Positions 54,558 through 64,000 of a DNA stretch of 64,000 bases are shown piece after piece; the stretch's first letter is position 1; the number at the start of each line of letters is the position of its first letter. Below the pieces are notes generated by a model. The model was given only the letters and a program-made list of their open reading frames with translations. It was not told the DNA's origin and ran no database searches. The stretch is from the human T2T-CHM13v2.0 reference genome, Homo sapiens: the NCBI RefSeq assembly GCF_009914755.1, contig NC_060929.1; one strand, 5' to 3'. The translations under genes were made by a program, and so were the position numbers.

Positions 54558-55846
54558 CTAATTTTCTCTTTTAGTATAAGACCAGGATAGAGACACTCAC
54601 AAGGAAAAAATATGATGTTTTTATCTATAGTGCTTAGCACATTGCCTGGCATATATAATAATGAATAATATTATTTGCCTCAATAAATATTGTGGAAAAA
54701 ATAATGAATGAATGAATGAAAATGTTGACTAAGGTTTATTTAAATAAGGAAAACTCGGCGAACTACATTTACAAATTGAATTAGAGAGTCAAAAATCTAA
54801 AAATATTTTAATGAAACTATCATTTCTGAAGTGTGAGAGGAAATCTTGAAAATTTAGTAGGTGCCTGACTCCATAATGATTTAAACATAAAAATTATTAT
54901 TTAATTTATTATGCAATCATTAATAATCATAATTATTTAATTAATGTATTAATTTCTTAAAGATATATTAATTTAACAATCTCTTATATTAAAAGACAGG
55001 TTACCTGTAAATTTTTAAGTCCCAGCCCTTTCTAGATCAATTGATAATAGTTCTATGTGGAAGGGTTAAATAACTGCAGGTCTATCAATTAAAAAAGCAT
55101 TCCACCAATATTTCAGGTTAATTCCAATACATCTAGAAAGCATAACTTCAAAATTAACAGAGCCTATTCCAAACCTCTAAGAATTAATATTCAGGAGGAA
55201 GATCATAGAGATAGCTCATCTTTCCTCACATATCACCCACAGAAACCAAATTTAGTCAGTTGAGTCCTGCTAAAACATAAAGGAGTATTGGGACTGCTCC
55301 TCCTGGTTAGATTATGGCTTATGGTTCACGAGCTCTTTCCCATCCACTATCTTATCTGAATTAGTGCCCTCGCAGGAAAAAGCAAATGTTCATACATCAT
55401 ATAAAATGGCCTTATTCATGTTACTATGATAAATTTGTTAATCTTCTCAATCTCCTCTAATCGATCTGAATTCCCAGTTTTCAATGGACTCCTTGTATGT
55501 TTCGGATATATCTGTGAGTTTGGTTAATTATCAGAGTAACTTTCACTAATTTGCTATCTAAGAGAAAAGTGATAGGTCAGTAAAATGGAAAAGTAAACAG
55601 TTTGAAAATGCATGACTTCAGAAAAGTGTATTAATTAGCATTATTTGAATGGGCCTCATTCTCTGCTTATCAAAGGATCAGTGGAAATGGGCAGGGCAGA
55701 GGGAGATCTAACACCAAGAAAAAGGAAAAAATAAGCATGTTTTTTAAGACCTGAAAATATCTATTAGGAGACTTTGTTCTATGAATAAACAAAAGCAATC
55801 AGTTATTTGAATCATTCAACTTACACTTAAAAATATAAATGGCTTA

Positions 55847-56038
<192 letters not shown>

Positions 56039-56579
56039 TCAGCATTGAATAAAGTATATCCAAACTTCCTTGCATTTTATGCATATCTGCATGCATCAAT
56101 CTTGACTAGATGCTCAACTAAGCTTTTTGTCACTCCCTGTGATGTGTAGAACCTAATTCAGAATTATGTATACATGAATTTTAATGCATAAGAAAATGGT
56201 AAGGGGCACTAATACTTAAATACAATGCTATTTGCTGTGGAGTCAAATTCAGGCAGATTTATTGTAGACCCATCAAAAAGCCCCTCTTAAGAAAAAAATG
56301 ATTTTATCTAGAAGGCCTTCTGAAGGCATGCCCCAAGCCTCCCATCCTTGGATATTTTGTGTGAGCAGGTCTTCAGTATTATTTTGATTGCTTTGATAGA
56401 AATTACAAAACACTCCTAGTAGAAATTTCTTCTGTGACAAGATGTGGTGTGCTAGAGGGAGTCTAAGTAAGTGTATGATAAAGAATCCCTCATGGAAGAA
56501 AAGCCATGAATCACACAGCACTGTGGCATGAAGCAAGGCTATTTTGCAAGCAGATTTTGGGTAAAACTGGTTGGCAAGT

Positions 56580-56722
56580 ACTGCATTTCATCAACCCTAA
56601 GATGCATTTTAAAAAAATAGTTAAACATTGAATTTAGAATGAATCTTAAAACTGATGGGTGGTTGATCACAGTTTAATTGACAATAAAACAATGGTGCAT
56701 CTTAGACTGGGTGCTATGTGGT
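56580..56722. mobile_element. MER104/Tc2-like MITE in PCSK1 intron 10
   Basis: Inverted ends ctgcatttcatc..ctaagatgca / tgcatcttag..atgtgg. Confidence 0.5.
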
Positions 56723-56936
56723 AGGTGGACTACAAGAGGAACATGCAAATGGTTAACATGGTTTCTAGAGCTTTGGTCTCTTAGTTAGTCCCCATGGATA
56801 CCCACAGAGAACACTAGAAAATTCCACCTCCATCTACTTCAGAAGGGTAGATACAAAAAAATCAGGCAGAATGGCAAACATAGTAATGAAATTATGCCAT
56901 GGGCACACATGTGTTTAAAATTCCAGGAGATACTTA

Positions 56937-57293
<357 letters not shown>

Positions 57294-57790
57294 TTATTCT
57301 AGTGTCTATTACTGTTCATATATCTTTTCATTCAGAATTCAGAATACAGAGCTGAAAACTTCTCCCTGTAACATATAAGTTATGACTTCTCTCCAGAGCA
57401 TATAAGCTTTTACTATGAGTAAAATTCAGTCCTCAGCAATATAGAAGTATAAAACTTTGTCCTTAATTTCTAATTACTTCCATTTAACTGAGCAAACATT
57501 TTAAATGGTAACACTTTCTTTATGCCCTCCAGTCTCATGCTGTCCATTAAAAGCCTTAGCACTTTCAGCATTATGAACCCACAGACGAGGCCTTGACTTC
57601 CTTCTTAGGAAGAGTGAGATGTTAAAGACACAGACTGGCTACCTGCTGTAAACATGTATTGCCTTTTTCTTTATCTATCAAAAGCGTCAAGAAACTCTTA
57701 GCTATTTGAGCTCACTCTTGCAAGGCACTATGCTAATACCATGGGGATATTCAAGGATGTGGTTCTTGTCTTTTAGAAGTTTACAATCCA

Positions 57791-58095
<305 letters not shown>

Positions 58096-59131
58096 AGAAG
58101 TTTACAATCCAGTAAAAAGAATTAAGGCTTTTATAATTCTATCTGGTGAGTGCTATATTCATAGCTTAACGCATTGTGGGAGTTTAGAGTAGAAAGAATT
58201 TCCATGGAATAGAAAGATCTAGGAAAACTTTGTGGGGGAGAAATATTTGAGCTGGACTTTGACAGGGGGTAGAGTGTTAAGAAGTGGAGATAGAGAAGAA
58301 GGCCACTGGAGCAAAAGCACCAAAGTGGGACAGTACAGGTGTGGCCAGATGACAGCCTGGTTTGCTGGGGCAGGGGAGAGGCAGTGAGGAGTATTGGGCC
58401 AGAGCGATGAGAACCTGGCATGCCAGAAAGGGAGCTTATACTTTATCTTTTGGGCAGTGGGAATCAGTGAGAATTTTTGAGTAAGGAAATAGTAAAATCA
58501 TAAGTCTTAGTAAGATTAATTTAGCAACACTATAAAGATAAATCAGAGATATAAGGGATTGTTGGATCTATTATACTATGATGAGGCCTTCCTTGATCAG
58601 CCTATTTAAAATTTCCACTCTCCCACATGGTCCCGAGCTCTTTTATTCTGCTATATGTGCATATTCTCCTTCCATTGCACTTATAGGCTTCTAACATGCG
58701 GGAAACTCATTTGTATTGTGTTTTGTTGATGTCTCTCTCCCTGGTTCTAATTTAACCATGAGAAGTGGTGAGATCTTTATCCATCTTGTTCTCTGATGTG
58801 TAGCACCCAGAAGAATGCTGGGCACAGGGTATATATGCTCAGCAGATATGGTTGGTTCAGAGACTGAACATGCCTAAGTGCTAACTAGCCCCAAATATAA
58901 TTTTAAAACATATTGCTCCTAGTCATCAGTCAGATTCTCAAACTTTTCCTCGACTTTGAGACCTGTATTGTTCCCTGAAGCCAATCAAGCATTATGTAAT
59001 AAGTAGATGCCCAGTTTTTACTCCTCAAGGTTCCTGTCTCAGCACTCGGTTGGAGAACAATCATCAGGGGAGTCTGGCTCACTTTGCTGCCTTCTCCCCA
59101 GAGCCCATCATGTACTGGCTCAGTAATCCCC

Positions 59132-59747
59132 TGTGACAAGAAAGAGGCAGTGGACATTCCTAAACACTGAAGAGTCCGGCTCCTAGTTAAAAACCGTGTG
59201 TGATTTTTCAGGCCTGACCATAGGCGATTTCAAAGGTCTTACCTGGCACGACACACGGGGAAGCTGCCCTCCCCATGCAGACACAGTGTGCAGTTTGTGG
59301 CTCGCAGCCTCTGAGAGGAGTTTCCATGAAGGCCGCAGGCCCCCTGGCCCCTCATGTTCTTTCCATATTGACATTCCTAGCTGGTGAGAGCTTTCCTTCC
59401 TAGGTCCCTTGGTCAGGCCTCCTCGTGGAGAGAGGAGGGGAAACATCTAGACACTTTCCTCACTCAGACTCAGTGCCTGGTGCTTCTCCACTCCCGTACT
59501 CTCTTGGTCCCTCCCCGCCTCACACCTCAGAGTCCATAAAATTGCCAGAGCCTTTTGTTCGGGGCTCCCTCAGCAGTGAGATGACCCTCAAGTCTGTGCT
59601 GAGCCACTCAACCAGTATGCCAGGAACAGGGCGAGTAAGTGTTTTCTCCGGTTTCAGACTCTTGCTTATGTCATAGCAGTAAGTGACTAAAGGCTCAATG
59701 CTTTCATTTTTGGCTTGTTGAATTAATAGGCTACTCCACACCTGACA
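59132..59747 (+). mobile_element. LTR-like element (probably ERV1 class) in PCSK1 intron 9
   Basis: GC-richer block with TG..CA ends and CATAAAA followed by cttttgttcggggctc, as is common in ERV1 LTRs. Family and 5' end uncertain. Confidence 0.45.
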
Positions 59748-60249
59748 GCTCAGCTCACCTGAGCTGAGCTCCCGACAAACATACCACTTTACCCTGGAGA
59801 GTGACTGACAGAGAGGCCTTGGAAGGACACCAGTTTAGGGATCCTCAGTGAGTCCCAGAATGCTTGCCTCATGATCACCTGGTACACTTGTAAATAGAAT
59901 AGGACATTTTATTGAAATGCTTGCTTCCTTCCAGTCTTTTAAAAGGAGTTTTAGGTAAAAGCCTCTTATCAAGGCAGTCAATGGGCAACACACCAGTTTT
60001 CCGTTTGGATCATCAGTATGTGCAGGTGCATGTGTGGAGGCAGGAAGGAGGAAGCGTACTGAGGAGGCTTAAGGCAAGGTGCTGATAATCATGATTATCA
60101 CATATAGCATGTGTGTCCTATGTTTCTGTAGTAGAGCATTTATTTTATATGCAGTTGCAGGTTATTTTGTTTTAAAAATTTCCTTTATCTAGTCTCTGCA
60201 AAATATTAAGGAGCTTCATTGTCATGCAATTAGAAAAACCTATTTTTCT

Positions 60250-60426
60250 TTTTTTATTATTATTATACTTTAAGTTCTAGGGTACATGTGCACAACGTGC
60301 AGTTTTGTTACATATGTACACATGTGCCATGTTGGTGTGCTGCACCCGTTAACTCGTCATTTACATTAGGTATATCTCCTAATGCTATCCCTCTCCACTC
60401 ACCCCACCCCATGACAGGCCCCGGTG
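60250..60426 (-). mobile_element. Very short 5'-truncated L1PA3-5-like 3' end
   Basis: L1 terminal ~165 nt plus tail. TSD TATTTTTCT at 60241-60249 and 60427-60435. Confidence 0.9.
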
Positions 60427-61215
60427 TATTTTTCTAACAGAGTTATTGTTCATTCGTGTGCTTGTATTTCATAAATGAAAAGGAGCTGCTAACAACAGTG
60501 CAACTCATTCCTGACAGCCTTCCTTTGTTAATTTGTGCTCAATGACATCCACGATAATTAAATTTTTAAACACTGCATTGAGTGGCTAATCAAAGATATG
60601 TTTACAGAAAATAAGGGTATGGAATTAAACACCGAATTAAGCATTGCTTCTAATTAGAAGAGATGTAGGTAATGTAATTTGGAGACAAAATTCCAGAGTG
60701 AAAAGTCTTAGGAGCTATCTGGTTCAGCCTCTAATCATACCTAAATTAGCCTAGATCTTAAAATTTTTCTAACTTGGACTTTCTAACATTTCACAACCCA
60801 CTAAGTCAAGACTTTTTTGTTGTGATTTTTTTCCAAAGGTTTCATGCAGCATTGAAAGTCCATTTCTCTTTCTCCAGGTTTTAATAAGACCAGAAGTTTG
60901 GCTTATCTGTTTGTTTAATATTTCCAAAGGTGTGAAGGGATTCAATGGTTCACTTCAGAATTTTCCTCACCTATTAAAAATTATTCTGATTCTTTTGATC
61001 TCTCCTCAGAAGGCTGAGGCTATTTTCTACAGCTTTCTTAGGTATACTCACTACATAATAATAATAGTGCCACAAACATTTATGCAAGGAATTCCTTCTT
61101 CTCTTAGTATATTTATCTCCAAGATACACCTACTAACTACCCTAATGGGTTTCTACACAAACACAGGTGGATGAGGTTGTAGGAAAACACAGTGGTAAAA
61201 GTAACTCTTTATAGC

Positions 61216-61422
61216 ATTTGTTTCTCAAAACTTGGTTAAGGTATTACTAGCATTAAAAAGTGCCTGGGAGATTTGTTAAAAAAGGAATTCCTAGGTTGAA
61301 TACCAGAAACTCCTAGGCAGATACAAGGTCTGAATAGTTGCTGGCAAAATGACCTGGGAACCTGCATGTTAAATAAACTCCCCAGGTGATGACTATATAT
61401 GCTGGTACTTGAGAAACATCGC
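61216..61422. mobile_element. MER5-like hAT MITE
   Basis: gtttctcaaaacttgg ... aaactccccaggtgatga ... ttgagaaacatc. Confidence 0.65.
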
Positions 61423-62483
61423 TTTGGGGAAGGAAAGTATTTCTTTGTGCATATTCAGCCAGAAACCATTCCTTCTCCTTTCCTTTTCTCCTCCCATTCC
61501 CCAATACTCTGGCTATATAACATTTAACACAGCATATTGAGTAGTCTGCTTGTGACAGAAAACTTATAAGAAACTCATAAATGCATGTTCATTTATCAGC
61601 CTCAATCTTCCGAACCCTCCTTTATTTGAGGAGATGATAGGCTGCCATTCAACATTGCCTCTCCCTCACAGGGCTGTGGGAGGCTGCAAGGTGTGGTTGC
61701 TGATAGCACAGACTTTGCAGTCAGAGAGACTTGAGTTTGAATTTCTTTGTGGGATCTTGGTTATATATCTCAACCTCTCTAAGCCTTATTTTTTCCCATT
61801 TATAGGTGAAATTAATAATTTCTATGTCATAAGAATGTTGTAAGCGTTATAATTAATATTGTATATAAAGAGGCCAGCTGTGTCTGGTCTACAGTAAGAA
61901 CCTAATCAATATTGGGTGCCATTATTCTTGATAAGTTTAGGCAAGGGCTCTTCAGTCTCCATAGTTGTTCCTGTGGGATGGCACATGATTAAATGATTTT
62001 CTCATTCTTGAGTGCCTTGGGATAAAGCTTGGTCACATGTCTAGAAATTCTGGCATTCAGCTTTGGTATAGACAATTGAATAGAGTTCAGAAAAATGTTC
62101 AATTGAGAACAGAAATCTTAATAACCTCTATGTACCTTGGCAGTAAGGATATAAATGTTAAGATAGATCAGTCATACTTATCTTACTGATGAATTGAGTC
62201 AAAATGAAGGGAATTAAATTCTTATGATAAGCACCTGGGAGATCATAGACTCTTAATATCTCTTAAATCACGAACACTGAGAATCTGGTGAAACCTATAA
62301 GCCATTCCCCAGAAATATGCCATACATACATTTATAAGCAATTCTGCATTTAGTTGCAAAGAGATTCATGGACCCCTTGGAACCCATCTGAGTGTTTCAC
62401 AGAAATGAAACACCTGCTTTAGAGACTGTCCATCAGAGACTGAGATTAATGAGGCTAGATCATTCCTAGATCATTTTCTCCTA

Positions 62484-62678
<195 letters not shown>

Positions 62679-64000
62679 TTATTTTCTGTATAGGATCATT
62701 TTCCACTATACAGAAAAAGAAGCCTTGAGGTTTTAGAAACCAAGGATTGCACTTTTACAATTTCAGCTCTTACATAAAATTGGCATTACTTCTGTTCAGC
62801 AGATGGATATTTCTACTATATTGGTCACTATACAAGGATGGGCTAGGCACGGCTAGTTATATTTACATGCATCTGACAGGTGTTGGATAGAGAAGAAAGG
62901 CTCTAGACATAAAATTTTAAGATTGCTTTCTTTTAACAGCTCCCTGGGGTAGTAGTCTGTGTTTTGAAATCTTAAATATAATAAGTCTGTTGCACAGGAT
63001 CCTATAATCCATAGGACCCTATTTTCTTCCAGTCCAGACCCCTCATCACTGACCCCAACAATTCATGTTGGATTACCTATGCAGGCTGACATTTTCAATC
63101 TCAACTCTGAGAATCTTAGGAAGAGAAGAAGTTTGTAAAAAAAGGTCTCGTTTGACCCCTTCATTTTATAGATGGAAAGACTGAACCCCACAAGTAAATT
63201 AACTTGCCGAAGGCCACATAGCTAGTGGTAGAGCTAGAACTTGAAGCCAGGTGTTCCTTGCAATTTTCACTGCTTGGACAATTATTTCTCGGTTAATTTG
63301 GATCTGCTGATGCCAGTCTCAGCTTGTGTTCATAGATTTTTGTCTTTTGTCCATCTACTTCCTATTATAAGTGAACTTAGATTCTGAACATAGCTTTTCT
63401 GGAGGGCCCAATATCTATTTCTAATTGAGCACCTGAATTTACTTCTTCCCTTACCAAACATCTTGCCAGCCCCTCCAAGTAGGTGGACTCTTGGTAAGAG
63501 CCTTGCTAGACTTCCTTGCTTAGCCACTGTAGCCATCTCACAGCCGAGATACCCAGGAATATACCCCATCTCCATAGGAAGCCCCAGGGATCATAGAGAT
63601 AAACTGGACTCTCCTGGACAAAGGCTCAGGAACCTCAGGGCTTTTCCAGTCATGGCAAAGGCCAAGATATTTTTCCTTTCTGTTATTACGAACTGAGTCT
63701 ACTGAATATGACATAAGGACACTGCTTTGTTCTCTCTCTAGAGAATATGTAATTTATTCTAGGATAATCTCCTTATTAGGAAGGATAATAGTAATTTACA
63801 AGTTTAATCACTTCTTCTAATATGCAACCATAGCACCTGACTTGACATTTCAAGATTCACTGTCACCACACATCAGAAAGCAGGAATGAGGACACATAAA
63901 AAGCTGTGATGTGCAGTGTGAGACAGTTCAATTTTTTTCCTCTGTGTTAAGTATTGGACTATTGGGTAATTATGAGAAAAAAAAAGTTAAATCTTTTTTT

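Overview
Mammalian, evidently human, genomic DNA. The window holds the 3' half of PCSK1 (prohormone convertase PC1/3; chr5q15 by established knowledge) on the minus strand: coding exons 10-14, with canonical GT-AG ends and frame-compatible phases, and a ~2.6 kb 3' UTR. The ~47 kb downstream of the gene is rich in transposable elements. There is no prokaryotic-type system (CRISPR, operon, rRNA or tRNA) and I see no credible novel protein-coding gene. The most unusual structure is at 11.8-25.0 kb. Two full-length minus-strand L1s of different ages lie head-to-tail, bounded by three copies of one 14-bp target site, which implies two independent insertions at the same nick. The older L1 also carries a ~150-bp 3' transduction with its own AATAAA and second A-tail. 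Other leads are a very young AluYk-type insertion in PCSK1 intron 9, plus-strand exons of a probable antisense host transcript, inverted L1 3' ends bracketing exons 10-12, a weak exon-13 donor whose read-through would remove the C-terminal tail, tandem poly(A) sites, and an old local duplication. Repeat subfamily names come from remembered consensus sequences and need RepeatMasker/Dfam confirmation.
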